Source: Gemmatimonadota bacterium (GTDB taxonomy: Bacteria > Gemmatimonadota > Gemmatimonadetes > Longimicrobiales > Gaopeijiaceae). From it: a stretch of 28,988 nucleotides of DNA. Below the pieces are notes generated by a model, which worked only from the letters and a program-made list of their open reading frames with translations, was not told the origin of the DNA and did no database searches. Where the stretch lies: contig JBDHHQ010000056.1 of NCBI GenBank assembly GCA_039589315.1, positions 1 through 28,988 on the forward strand, read 5' to 3'. Shown in pieces: positions 7,542-17,346 of this stretch (positions within the stretch are counted from its first letter, which is position 1; each line of letters opens with the position of its first letter). The translations under genes were made by a program, and so were the position numbers.

Positions 7542-9068
7542 TCAGGACGCCGTGGGATCTTCGGCGCTCGCGCCATCCTCCGGCTCCAGGACCTCCACGG
7601 GACCGGCGCCCAGGGCCCGGAGCGGTGCTTCTACGACCGAACGGTCCCCTACGACGACGATGGCGAACCCGCCCGACAGGTATCGCTGCGCCGCCGCCTG
7701 GACGTCCGCGCTCGTGACTGCCAACACGGCGTCTACGTATGCGTCGTAGTAGTCCAGGGGCAGCTCGTGGAGCACCAGGTCGGAAACCCGAGAGGCCAAG
7801 TCCGATACGGTCTCGAAACTCTGGGGCAAGCGCAAGGCGACGAAGTTGCGCGCTCGTTCGAGCTCCTCGACCGGGACGGGCTCGTCGGCCATCCGCCGGA
7901 TCTCGCCCAGGAACTCCACGACCGCGCTGTCCGTCACCGGCGTGTGGACCGCGGAGCCCGCGACGAACGGTCCGGCCATCCGGCGCAGGGCGAATCCCGA
8001 CCGCGCACCGTAGGTGAAGCCCTTCTCCTCGCGCAGTCTCATGTTCAGACGGCTCGTGAACGAGCCGCCCAGGACGGTGTTGAGGACCGTGAGCCGGTAG
8101 AAGTCGTCCGTGCGGCGGTCGGTGGCCACCCGTCCCACCCGAATCTCCGACTGCGCGGCGCCGGGCTTGTCGACCAGATAGACCCCGGTGGCGTCCGGCC
8201 CTCGTTGAGCCGCTCCGTCCGCAACGGCGGCCGCTGCGGATCGCCATGAGCCGAGGACCGTCTCCAGGAGCGGCTCCAACGTCTCCTGGCTGACGTCTCC
8301 CGCCACGACCAGCGTCGCGTTGCCGGCGTGATAGCGCCCTCGATAGAAGTCGAGGACGTGGTCCCGGGTGAGGGAGGCGACCGAGGCCTCCGTACCGATG
8401 ACCGGCTGTCCGTACGGATGGGCATCGCCGTAGAGCACGTGGGCCAGGGCGTTGTCGGCCAGCACCCTGGGCTCGTCGCGTCCCTGCAGGATGCGCGTGA
8501 GCTGCTCCGTGCGGACCCGCTCGATTTCGCGCTCGGGAAACGACGCCTCCCGGACCACCTCGCCGAAGATCGCCAGGCTCGGCCCGAGCCGGCCACTCAC
8601 GACGGACATCCGGACCCGACTCGCGTCCCGCCCGGCAAACGAGGAGAAGCTCGCGCCGAGACGCTCGATCTCACCGGCGATCTCCATGGCGGATCTCGAT
8701 GCCGTGCCCTCATCCAGAAGATCCGCGGTGAGGGCCGAGAGCCCCGCCTGACCCCGCGTCTCGGCCGAAGCCCCGCCGCGGAGTTGGAGCTCGATGGCCA
8801 CCACCGGCACCTCGTGCTTCTCCACCAGCACGACGCGGAGCCCGTTCCCGAGGCTGAACTCGGTCGCCTGCGGTAGCGAGACCGCTGGAGGCGATCCCGT
8901 CTCCGGGGGCACGGTGCGATCGAGCTGCTCCACCTGAGTCTCCTCCCTGGGTCCCGCTTGCATGGACACCGAGTCGCCGTCGGAATCGGCACTGCCTCCC
9001 ATGGACACCGAGCAACCGACGAGAGCCAGAGCACTGGCCAACCCCACACCCCACCGGGAGTGCCTCAC
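7542..9068 (-). CDS. M16B peptidase non-catalytic subunit, lipoprotein
   Basis: Lipoprotein signal MRHSRWGVGLASALALVG-C. No HxxEH (GLSALTADLL). R/Y pair in SRLNMRLREEKGFTYG. Confidence 0.88.
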   Translation of the reverse strand: MRHSRWGVGLASALALVGCSVSMGGSADSDGDSVSMQAGPREETQVEQLDRTVPPETGSPPAVSLPQATEFSLGNGLRVVLVEKHEVPVVAIELQLRGGASAETRGQAGLSALTADLLDEGTASRSAMEIAGEIERLGASFSSFAGRDASRVRMSVVSGRLGPSLAIFGEVVREASFPEREIERVRTEQLTRILQGRDEPRVLADNALAHVLYGDAHPYGQPVIGTEASVASLTRDHVLDFYRGRYHAGNATLVVAGDVSQETLEPLLETVLGSWRSAAAAVADGAAQRGPDATGVYLVDKPGAAQSEIRVGRVATDRRTDDFYRLTVLNTVLGGSFTSRLNMRLREEKGFTYGARSGFALRRMAGPFVAGSAVHTPVTDSAVVEFLGEIRRMADEPVPVEELERARNFVALRLPQSFETVSDLASRVSDLVLHELPLDYYDAYVDAVLAVTSADVQAAAQRYLSGGFAIVVVGDRSVVEAPLRALGAGPVEVLEPEDGASAEDPTAS

Positions 9069-10441
9069 GCGCCCTCCCGCGCTCCCAAGTCGGCGCGCCC
9101 CCTCGGAACGACGCTCAGCACGACCGCGTGCGCGCGGTCCAGGCGCTCACCGACCGCTGCTGCCACCGTCTCCGGCGTCTGTCGGTGGAAACGGGCCAGG
9201 TCCCTGCGTACGAAGCCGGGGTTACCGGTCGTGAAATAGTACCGATTGAGCTGATCTGCCTTGCCGCCGAACCCGCCGACCCGTTGGAGCCCATTGACGA
9301 AGGAAGCCTCGATCTGGTTGACGACCCGCTCCATCTCGAGGTCGGTTGGTCCCTCTCCCGCGAGCCGGGTGACCTCGTCCCGCACCGCGGCCTCCAGGTC
9401 CTCGAGCTGCACGTCGGGGCGGCCCGTGACGATCACGAGGAAACGGCTCCCCAACTCCTGGCTCAGCTGAAAGGCCGCGACGTCCTGCGCCACCTGCTCC
9501 TCGTAGACCAGGCGTCGATGGAGCCGCGAACTCTTGCCTTCGGCCAGGACGGCACCGGCCATGTCCATGGCGGCATCCCCGTCGCTGAACACGGGAGGCG
9601 AGTGCCAGGCCATGTACAGGCGCGGAAGCCGCACGTCGTCTTCCAACAACAGGTACCGCTCCTGATCCAACCCGACCGGCGGAGGCTCGATGGGCGGGGG
9701 CTCCGGTCCCTGGGGGACTGGGCCGAAGTACTTCTCCACCAGCTCCCTGACCCTGCGGGTGGATACGGCCCCCGCTATGGACAGGCTGGCGTTGTTGGGC
9801 GCGTAGTGCGTGCGGAAGAACTCCGTGACGTCCGCGAGGGTCGCCGCGGACAGATCCTCCATGGACCCGATGGTGGGCCAGTGGTACGGGTGCTCTTCCG
9901 GGAACAGCGCGAATCCCAGCTGCTCGAAGGCCAGGCCGTAGGGGCGATTCTCGTAGCTCTGGCGCCGCTCGTTCTTCACCACGGCCCGCTGGATGTCGAG
10001 CTTTTCCTGGTCCATGGTCTCGAGGAGCCAGCCCATGCGGTCGGCCTCGAGCCACAGTGCCAGCTCGAGAGCGTTGGATGGCAGATTCGCCCAGTAGTTC
10101 GTGCGGTCCGGGTTGGTCGATCCGTTGTTGGTCCCGCCCACGGCCTCGAGCAGGTTGTCGAAGTCGCCCTCGGGCACGTGGGCCGACCCTTCGAACATGA
10201 TGTGCTCGAAGAGGTGGGCGAAGCCGGTGCGGCCTGGCCGCTCGTTGCCCGACCCCACGTGGTACCACAGGTTCACACTCACGATGGGTAGGGAATGGTC
10301 CTCGTGAACGATTACGTTCAGGCCGTTGCCGAGGGCGAACTGGGTGAAGGGGATGTGGAGATCCATGGGTACCCGTTCCTGGGCTGTGCCGGCCAACGGG
10401 CCGGAGATCAGGAGTGCCAGGATCAGTCCTGGTCGTCGCAT
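9065..10441 (-). CDS. M16B zinc peptidase catalytic subunit, exported
   Basis: Signal-like MRRPGLILALLISGPLAGTA from ATG 10441, GFAHLFEHIMF (HxxEH) and VVKNERR. Confidence 0.9.
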   Translation of the reverse strand: MRRPGLILALLISGPLAGTAQERVPMDLHIPFTQFALGNGLNVIVHEDHSLPIVSVNLWYHVGSGNERPGRTGFAHLFEHIMFEGSAHVPEGDFDNLLEAVGGTNNGSTNPDRTNYWANLPSNALELALWLEADRMGWLLETMDQEKLDIQRAVVKNERRQSYENRPYGLAFEQLGFALFPEEHPYHWPTIGSMEDLSAATLADVTEFFRTHYAPNNASLSIAGAVSTRRVRELVEKYFGPVPQGPEPPPIEPPPVGLDQERYLLLEDDVRLPRLYMAWHSPPVFSDGDAAMDMAGAVLAEGKSSRLHRRLVYEEQVAQDVAAFQLSQELGSRFLVIVTGRPDVQLEDLEAAVRDEVTRLAGEGPTDLEMERVVNQIEASFVNGLQRVGGFGGKADQLNRYYFTTGNPGFVRRDLARFHRQTPETVAAAVGERLDRAHAVVLSVVPRGRADLGAREGA

Positions 10442-10576
10442 GCGGTCCAAGAGCCGTTCACTGAGGGGGCTCGCGAAGGAACCCGGGTCGGCACCGTGTT
10501 CGGTAGGCCTCACCACCCCACCCGTACGCCGCGGGAGTCCAGAAAGATACCCACAAGCCAGGAAGGATCAACGGAC

Positions 10577-11164
10577 GTGAGACTCGAAACGAGGTGGTTT
10601 CCGACCCCGGCAGCGCGACCGGCACCCGGGATGCGGACGCGCCGCCCGGGGCCTCGTCGCAGCGTCGCTGGGGAGTTGCGCCTCGCTGGCTTGGCCGCAT
10701 GCTGTGGCCTGGCCGCCGGGTGCTCCGCTCCCGAGCCCGCACCTCCCCTCGATCTTGAGGCCGTGACGGCGTCCATGTTGGAGGCCGATCGCACGTTCAA
10801 CGACGTTACCGCCCGCGACGGCGCCGACGGCTGGGTGTCCTTCTTCGCCGAGGACGGCCGGATGATGGTGCCCGGCGGACAGATCCAGGGACTGGAAGCG
10901 ATCCGGGGCGCCATCACCTCGGGCCTTTCGGACGGAGGCACCCTCACATGGGACCCGGAGTGGGGCGAGGTAGCCGAGTCCGGCGACCTGGGCTTCACGG
11001 TCGGACGATACGAGAGCCGCCCACCGGGGTCGGATGACCCGGACGCGGTCTCCCCCGGACAGTACGTCACCATCTGGCGGAAAGACGTGAGCGGCGCCTG
11101 GAAGGTGTTGCTGGACATAGGGGCGCCGGACCCCGCGAGGCCGGAGACTCCGGGAGAAGGCTGA
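10577..11164 (+). CDS. NTF2/SnoaL-like (YybH/DUF4440-type) lipoprotein
   Basis: Lipobox-like LAAG-C, then FAEDG, SGDLGFTVGRY and GQYVTIWRKDVSGAWKVLLDIG. Start uncertain (GTG 10577 with GGAAGGA, or ATG 10631). Confidence 0.8.
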   Translation: MRLETRWFPTPAARPAPGMRTRRPGPRRSVAGELRLAGLAACCGLAAGCSAPEPAPPLDLEAVTASMLEADRTFNDVTARDGADGWVSFFAEDGRMMVPGGQIQGLEAIRGAITSGLSDGGTLTWDPEWGEVAESGDLGFTVGRYESRPPGSDDPDAVSPGQYVTIWRKDVSGAWKVLLDIGAPDPARPETPGEG

Positions 11165-11185
11165 GGCCCACGGGCCCGGGCCCGC

Positions 11186-12046
11186 TCAGGGCCGGGCCAT
11201 CAGCCGATCCCGCAGAGCTCCCGGCGCCACCGAGTCCAATAGGAAGCGGCGGGCCGCGTCCGGCCCCTCCAGAATCCGGTCGTCGGCCTCCTCGACGGTG
11301 GCGGCATCGAGTCCGGTGGCGATCTGGCGGGCGCGCTCGATCATCTCGACCGCCAGGTCGTCCCACCCGATGGCGGCCGCCGCCAGGGCCGCCAGCAGCT
11401 GTGCCTCTACGTCGTCTGGCCGCAGGCGAGCCCCGTTCACCAGCTCCCCGGCCCCCTCCTCCAGGCGAGCCGACTCGATGAGGACCAACCCCGACAGCAC
11501 CCTGGGCCAGCCATCATCCTGCGTGAGCCTCGCGGCCTCTTCGAACGCGTCCACCGCCTCGTCCAGCTTGCCCGCCAACGCGAACGCCACGCCCCGTTCG
11601 GTGGAGACCACTCCGTCGGCGGGATCGAGCTCCGCGGCTGCCTCCAGTTCCTTCAGAGCGTCGTCGAGATAGCCCTCGCGGGACAGATGTGCGCCGTAAG
11701 CCAGACGGGTCGCCGCAACCTCGGGAGCCAGGATGGCTGCGGTACGCAACGCACTCTCGGCTTCCGGATCGTCGAACGCTGCCAATCCGGCCCCGGCCGT
11801 TGCCAGGAGGTGCGGATCGTCGGGCCTCTGGGCCAACGTTTGCTTGAAGCGCTCGTAGGCGGCGCCCTCGTTGCCCAACTCGCGCTCGGCCACGCCGAGC
11901 CAGCAGAGGAGGTACGGGTCGTCCGGGTCCGCTTCCAACCCGTCGGCGAGAAGGAGGGCCATGGCCTCCCAATCGCCCTCGTCGCCGAGGACGAGGGCGC
12001 GGCCCAGGATGCCTGCGGCATCCGACATGGGAGACGGGTCAGGCAC
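11186..12046 (-). CDS. Tetratricopeptide repeat protein
   Basis: Repeated ~34-aa helical units (LCWLGVAE...A..RF..TL..RP.D; RLAYGAHL...A..EL..A..LDP.D). Overlaps the apgM stop by 8 bp. Confidence 0.8.
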   Translation of the reverse strand: MPDPSPMSDAAGILGRALVLGDEGDWEAMALLLADGLEADPDDPYLLCWLGVAERELGNEGAAYERFKQTLAQRPDDPHLLATAGAGLAAFDDPEAESALRTAAILAPEVAATRLAYGAHLSREGYLDDALKELEAAAELDPADGVVSTERGVAFALAGKLDEAVDAFEEAARLTQDDGWPRVLSGLVLIESARLEEGAGELVNGARLRPDDVEAQLLAALAAAAIGWDDLAVEMIERARQIATGLDAATVEEADDRILEGPDAARRFLLDSVAPGALRDRLMARP

Positions 12047-13253
12047 CGAACTTCACGAGGCGACCCGCATGCGCCAGCGCGAGGGTCATGAGGTGCTTGC
12101 CCTCGAAGCGACCCAGGTCTCCGGCGCGGCAGGTGGCCTCTCCGAAGGTGGCCCCTGTGGGCCGAGACCAGCGGCTGGCCAAGAGGACCGGCACCGCATG
12201 CCACGAGTGTGCCCCGTAGGCCGCTGGCGTCGAATGGTCGCCCGTGACGGCAAGGACCGCGGGCTCCAGAGCGGCGAGACGGGGCATGAGCGCGTCGATG
12301 CGCTCGATGGCGGCCACCTTCGCCTCGAAGTTGCCGTCCTCGCCCCGGGCGTCCGGCGCCTTGAAGTGGACGAAGACGAAGTCGTAGTCGCCGATCCGAC
12401 GCTCGACGATCCCCACCGCCTCCTCGTCGGACCCGGGCACCTCCTGGACCTCCATGCCCACGAGGCGGGCCACGCCGCGGTACATGGGGTACTGGGCCAC
12501 GGCGAGGGCCCGGAGCCCGAAGCGGTCGTGGACCGTGGGGTAACCCTCGAACATGGCGAATCCTCGCGCCAGGACGCCGTTCACCACAGGCAGGTCCTGC
12601 ACGGCGTGTCGGATTTGCGCGAGCACGTCATCCGCCAGCGCGACCATGGACTCCCCCTCCGGCGTCGTGGCTCGCACCGCCGCCGGGGGAACCCCCGTGT
12701 CTTGGGGATCCGTGTCGGCCAGATCGGCTGACAGCCCCTGGCCACGGAAGACGAGCACGGCCCGGTGCTCCTTGACGTGCTCGATGAACAGCTCGACACC
12801 GTCCGGCGCGGCCAACGCAGCGCGGATCCGGTCGACCACCCGCAGCCCCTCCTCGTCCGAAGGCCGACTCGCACGCCGGTCCAGCACGAGCCCCGCTCCG
12901 TCGAACGTGGCGAGATTGAGGCGCACGGCCACGTCTCCCGGCTTCAGCGCGAACCCGACACCGAGGGCGCTCAGCGCCCCACGGCCGATCTGATACTCCA
13001 GCGGGTCGTATCCGAACAGGGACAGATGGCCGGGGCCGCTTCCGGGTGTCACGCCGGGCGCCACGGGCACCAGCATTCCCAACGAGCCCGTCGATGCCAG
13101 CCTGTCCAGGTTGGGCGTTTCGGCGGCCTCCAGCTCCGTGAGGCCCGAATCCCGATCGGGCAGGCCCCCGACTCCGTCCATGACTGCCAGGACGATCTTG
13201 CCCCCGTCTCCGTCGCGCTCCACCAAGCCGTCGGGTAGCGCCGTGATGGCCAT
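12039..13253 (-). CDS. apgM: 2,3-bisphosphoglycerate-independent phosphoglycerate mutase, archaeal-type
   Basis: VMDGVGG, TELEAAETPNLD, TPGSGPGHLSLFGYDP, GRGALSALG, DARGEDG, TGDHSTP and HSWH. ATG at 13253 with GAGGA RBS. Confidence 0.88.
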   Translation of the reverse strand: MAITALPDGLVERDGDGGKIVLAVMDGVGGLPDRDSGLTELEAAETPNLDRLASTGSLGMLVPVAPGVTPGSGPGHLSLFGYDPLEYQIGRGALSALGVGFALKPGDVAVRLNLATFDGAGLVLDRRASRPSDEEGLRVVDRIRAALAAPDGVELFIEHVKEHRAVLVFRGQGLSADLADTDPQDTGVPPAAVRATTPEGESMVALADDVLAQIRHAVQDLPVVNGVLARGFAMFEGYPTVHDRFGLRALAVAQYPMYRGVARLVGMEVQEVPGSDEEAVGIVERRIGDYDFVFVHFKAPDARGEDGNFEAKVAAIERIDALMPRLAALEPAVLAVTGDHSTPAAYGAHSWHAVPVLLASRWSRPTGATFGEATCRAGDLGRFEGKHLMTLALAHAGRLVKFGA

Positions 13254-13491
13254 GCCGTTCCTCGTTCGAAAGTGATGCGCGGCTCCGCGTGTCCTCGGGG
13301 CGCGGAATATACCCTTGCTCGGGGCGTGCTCCAACCGAAGAGCGACGGGACTGAAGCGGCCGGAGCGGGCGCCCGACCACCGCGGGGCGCTGTCGGTTTC
13401 TCCATGGATCCGACGAGGGGTCATGGGGTTCTGTCGAATCGAGTCTCTGGGCGTCGGCCTACGATCACGATCCCCGCAACCAGGAGGCGGC

Positions 13492-14613
13492 GTGCGCTTC
13501 ACCCAGTTCGATATGGAGCGGTGGCAGTCGACCTACGAGCACCGCGTTCGGTTCAACCTCTCCGAGAGCGGCGTCCACCCGCTGACCCTGGGGGGGCTGC
13601 TGGAGTTGGCGGGGCTGGACGGCCTGGACGACGTCCGATTGGGGTACGGCCAGTCCAACGGATCCGACGAGCTGCGCGCAGCCATCGCGGCCCTCCACCC
13701 TGGCGCCGGAGACGACCAGGTCCTGGTGACCGTCGGTGGGGCCGAAGCCAATTTCGCGGCGTGCTGGCGCCTGTTGGAGCCCGACGGCGCAGCGGCGGTC
13801 ATGCTGCCGAACTACATGCAGATCCCTGGGCTCGTGGCGTCGTTTGGCGGCCGACTTCTGCCCGTCCATCTCCGGGAGGAAGCCGGTTGGCAGCCCGACA
13901 TGGATCAACTGGCCGAAGCGCTGGAGGCCGGCGCTCGCTTCATTCTGGTGACCAACCCCAACAACCCCACCGGGGTCGCCCTCACCCAGCCGATCATGGA
14001 CGGGGTGGTGGCGCTGGCCCAACGCCACGGCGCGTGGATCCTGGCCGACGAGGTGTACCGTGGCGCCGAGGTGGGGGAGACGGAGACGCCCTCCTTCTGG
14101 GGCCGTTACGAGCGGGTGATCGTCACCAACTCCCTGTCCAAGGCCTACGGTCTGCCCGGCCTCCGGGTCGGGTGGGTGGTGGCTCCCGCAGACGTCACGG
14201 CCGACCTCTGGGCGCGGACCGACTACACGACGATCACGGTGGCGGCGCTCTCCGACGTCCTGGCCCGCGCAGCCCTGCAGCCCGACACGCGCGCGCGCAT
14301 CCTCGAGCGCACGCGGCGCATCATCCGGGAGAACCTGGCCGTCGTGACGGAATGGCTCGACCTGCAGGACGGGCTCTTCCACTACCGGCCGCCCGATGCC
14401 GGCGCCATCTGCTACGTCCGGTACGACGCTCGAATGGGATCGACGGCCCTGGCCGAGAAGCTCCGCGTGGAGCAGGACCTGCTCGTCGTGCCCGGAGACC
14501 AGTTCGGGATGGACCACTACCTGCGCATCGGGTTCGGTCCGCCACGTGCCGAGCTGGAAGTAGCCCTCGGCCGCCTCGCAGGAGCCTTCCGGGAGGTGCT
14601 AGCGAGTGCCTGA
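13492..14613 (+). CDS. PLP-dependent aminotransferase class I/II fold
   Basis: TNPNNPTG, DEVY, SLSKAYGLPGLRVGW (PLP lysine) and late YLRIGFG. GTG at 13492 follows AGGAGG. Confidence 0.9.
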   Translation: MRFTQFDMERWQSTYEHRVRFNLSESGVHPLTLGGLLELAGLDGLDDVRLGYGQSNGSDELRAAIAALHPGAGDDQVLVTVGGAEANFAACWRLLEPDGAAAVMLPNYMQIPGLVASFGGRLLPVHLREEAGWQPDMDQLAEALEAGARFILVTNPNNPTGVALTQPIMDGVVALAQRHGAWILADEVYRGAEVGETETPSFWGRYERVIVTNSLSKAYGLPGLRVGWVVAPADVTADLWARTDYTTITVAALSDVLARAALQPDTRARILERTRRIIRENLAVVTEWLDLQDGLFHYRPPDAGAICYVRYDARMGSTALAEKLRVEQDLLVVPGDQFGMDHYLRIGFGPPRAELEVALGRLAGAFREVLASA

Positions 14614-16105
14614 TTGGGCCCACGACACACTGCACGACGTGAAGCTGCTCATCCAGTCCCGGTACGGCATCGTGCATCTGGACTCCGACGAGGAGGAGCG
14701 AGTCGCCACGTTGCTGGCCCACCTGGCCGATGCCCTCGGCGTAGCGCTGTTCACATGGTCGCCGACGCAGGGCCTGGGACGGGCCGACCTGGGCGGAGCG
14801 GTCTACGATACGACGGACCCGTCCAAGGCGCTGCGGCACGTGGCTGCCTCGGCCCACCCCGGTGTGTACCACTTCCGTGGCCTGGCCACGGCGCTGGAGC
14901 GAGAGCCCATCACCGCCGAGCACCTCCGGGACGCCGGAAAAGCCATGGAGACGGTGGACGGCGCCGTGCTCCTGACCGGGAGAGGTCTGGCCATTCCCGA
15001 ATCCCTGGTCCCCCGCGTCGCCACCGTGTCGCTTCCCGGCCCGGGCGCCGAGGACTACCGCACCCTGCTGGCCCACCTGATCCGGGACCGGTCGCGCCGG
15101 GGGCACGTGGAGGTGGAGCTCAGCAAGGACGAGATCGCCGCGCTGCTCGGACATCTGAGCGGCCTGACGCTGCTCGAGGCCGAGAAGGTCCTCACGAAGG
15201 CGATCATCGAGGACGGCCGGCTGCACGCCGGCGACATCCGTCACGTCATCGAGGCCAAGAAGGCGGTCGTGGAGAAGGAAGGGCTGCTGGAGTACTACCC
15301 TACCGAAGAGAGCATGGCCGACGTCGCCGACCTCTCCACGCTCAAGGCCTGGCTGACCAAGCGCAAAGCGGTAGTGGAGAGTCCGGTGCGCGCCAAGGAG
15401 TTTGGACTCGCCTTTCCCCGTGGCGTCCTGCTGCTGGGCGTACCGGGGTGCGGCAAGAGCCTCTGCGCCAAGGCGGTGTCCATGGAGTGGGGGCTGCCGT
15501 TACTCCGGCTGGACACCTCCAACCTCTACAACAAGTACATCGGGGAAACCGAGAAGAACTTCAAGCGCGCCATGGAGGCGGCAGAGCGGATGTCGCCGGT
15601 CGTGCTGTGGATCGACGAGCTGGAGAAGGCCTTTGCCGCAGGGGGCTCGGAGGACGGCGGCGTGTCCCAGCGGGTCCTGGGGAGCTTCCTCTCGTGGATG
15701 CAGGAGCGACGCGGAGACGTCTTCGTGGTGGCCACGGCCAACCAGATCGAGCTGCTGCCGCCGGAGTTTCTCCGCAAGGGTCGTTTCGACGAGATCTTCT
15801 TCGTGGATCTGCCCGATACGGCCACGCGGGCCGAGATCTTCCGCATCCACCTGGCCAACCGAGAGCAGGATCCGTCCGCCTTCGACCTGGCCAGGCTCGC
15901 GGCGCAGGCGGACGGCTTCAGCGGAGCCGAGATCGAGCAGGTCGTTCTGTCCGGACTCTACTCTGCCTTCACGTCAAAGGCCGAGCTCGACACGTCTGCC
16001 CTCGCCCAGGAGATCCGGGAGACACGGCCCCTGGCGATCACGATGGCCGAGAAGATCGACGCGATGCGGTCCTGGGCCCAGGGTCGGACGATCCGGGCCA
16101 ACTAG
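14606..16105 (+). CDS. Ycf46-like AAA+ ATPase
   Basis: Walker A GVPGCGKS, pore loop KYIGETE, Walker B WIDELEK and SRH ATAN...PPEFLRKGRFDEIFFVDLP. The long N-terminal region lacks a Walker A, as in Ycf46. Confidence 0.88.
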   Translation: MPDWAHDTLHDVKLLIQSRYGIVHLDSDEEERVATLLAHLADALGVALFTWSPTQGLGRADLGGAVYDTTDPSKALRHVAASAHPGVYHFRGLATALEREPITAEHLRDAGKAMETVDGAVLLTGRGLAIPESLVPRVATVSLPGPGAEDYRTLLAHLIRDRSRRGHVEVELSKDEIAALLGHLSGLTLLEAEKVLTKAIIEDGRLHAGDIRHVIEAKKAVVEKEGLLEYYPTEESMADVADLSTLKAWLTKRKAVVESPVRAKEFGLAFPRGVLLLGVPGCGKSLCAKAVSMEWGLPLLRLDTSNLYNKYIGETEKNFKRAMEAAERMSPVVLWIDELEKAFAAGGSEDGGVSQRVLGSFLSWMQERRGDVFVVATANQIELLPPEFLRKGRFDEIFFVDLPDTATRAEIFRIHLANREQDPSAFDLARLAAQADGFSGAEIEQVVLSGLYSAFTSKAELDTSALAQEIRETRPLAITMAEKIDAMRSWAQGRTIRAN

Positions 16106-16194
16106 TGTGATCGTGCAGGCTGTAGGGCTGCCTGCCGACGACACCGGCGACCGCTCCGGCCTGGTTCGGTCTCAGGCCAGGCGGACGGTGCCGC

Positions 16195-17346
16195 TCACGG
16201 CGCCGGCTGCGCGCCCTCCGTCATCGCGGGCCGGAGTGTCTCGGTCCCACCCGTCGACGGGGGCTCCGCCGCCGGTCGAGATGTCACCCCCAGCTCGGCG
16301 AGCTCACCGGCGTCCAGCAAACGGCTGAAGGCGTCGACGATGTTCGGATCGAAGTGTGCGCCCCGCCCCCGCAGGATCTCGTCCACCGACTCATCGACGG
16401 TGAAGGCCCGCTTGTAGGGCCGCTCATGGGTCAGAGAGTCGAAGACATCCGCCACGGCCACGATGCGGCCGACCAGCGGGATGTCCTCGCCCTTCACGAG
16501 CTCGTACCCCCGGCTGTCCCAACGTTCGTGATGGGTCAACGCGATCGTCTCGGCCAGCTCCAACACGGGGTACCGGCTCCCGGAGAGGATGCGCCCACCG
16601 ATGATCGTGTGGGTCTTCATGACGTCGAACTCCTTCGGTGTCAGGCGACCCGGCTTCATGAGGATCGCGTCCGGGATCCCGATCTTGCCCACGTCGTGAA
16701 GCGGCGCCGCGCGGCGTATCAGGTTCACCTGCTCCGGTGGGAGCCCGAGCTCCTGGGCGAGAAGCGCGGCGAGGACCCCTACCCGTTCGGCGTGCTGACC
16801 TGTGACGTCGTCCCGATACTCGGCCGCGATGGCCAACCGGCGGATGATCTCGACCTGCGCTTCGGCCAGCTCGTGGGTCCGCTCTCGGACCTTCTCCTCG
16901 AGCGTTTCGTTGTGCCCGCGAAGCTCCTTGTTGAAGAGGCGGGTCTCGAGGAGGTTCTTGATGCGGAGCAGCACCTCTCCGGACTCGAAGGGCTTCGTGA
17001 GGAAGTCACGGGCTCCGGCCGAGAGCGCCCGCTCTCTTCGGTGGGAGTCCGTGTCCCCGGTCAGGACCAGGATCGGCAGGTACACGCCGTGGGGGATCTC
17101 CGGAACGATCTGCTCCATCACCTGGAAGCCGCTCAGGTGGGGCATGTGCAGGTCCAGGAGGATCAGGTCGGGATCCCGGGAGCGGACCAGAGCATGTACC
17201 TCACGAGGATCGGTCTCGGTGGTGACCTCGTGGTAGCCGGCTCGCCGGAGGAGTGCCTCGAGGAGTCGTACGTTTTGAGCTTCGTCGTCGACGATGAGGA
17301 TCCGGGACTCCTCGAGCCGCCCTTCCCAGGCCTCCCGTGTTGTCAC
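16195..17346 (-). CDS. Response regulator with HD-GYP cyclic-dinucleotide phosphodiesterase domain (RpfG-like)
   Basis: REC motifs IVDD, LLDLHMP, LTG and TKPF. HD-GYP motifs EYRD..TGQH, LHDVGKIG, HHERWD, ADVFD and RPYK. AAGGAG RBS. Confidence 0.92.
   Translation of the reverse strand: MTTREAWEGRLEESRILIVDDEAQNVRLLEALLRRAGYHEVTTETDPREVHALVRSRDPDLILLDLHMPHLSGFQVMEQIVPEIPHGVYLPILVLTGDTDSHRRERALSAGARDFLTKPFESGEVLLRIKNLLETRLFNKELRGHNETLEEKVRERTHELAEAQVEIIRRLAIAAEYRDDVTGQHAERVGVLAALLAQELGLPPEQVNLIRRAAPLHDVGKIGIPDAILMKPGRLTPKEFDVMKTHTIIGGRILSGSRYPVLELAETIALTHHERWDSRGYELVKGEDIPLVGRIVAVADVFDSLTHERPYKRAFTVDESVDEILRGRGAHFDPNIVDAFSRLLDAGELAELGVTSRPAAEPPSTGGTETLRPAMTEGAQPAP

Noticed and set aside
7477..8247. 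N-terminal extension making the M16 subunit 680 aa
   Set aside because: It overlaps the upstream gene in another frame and is Arg/Gly-rich noise. Homology starts near 7476.
10478..10505. GGAACC...GGTA upstream of the SnoaL-like gene as another ECF promoter
   Set aside because: The GTA is 2 nt too far from the -35 compared with the tandem motifs.
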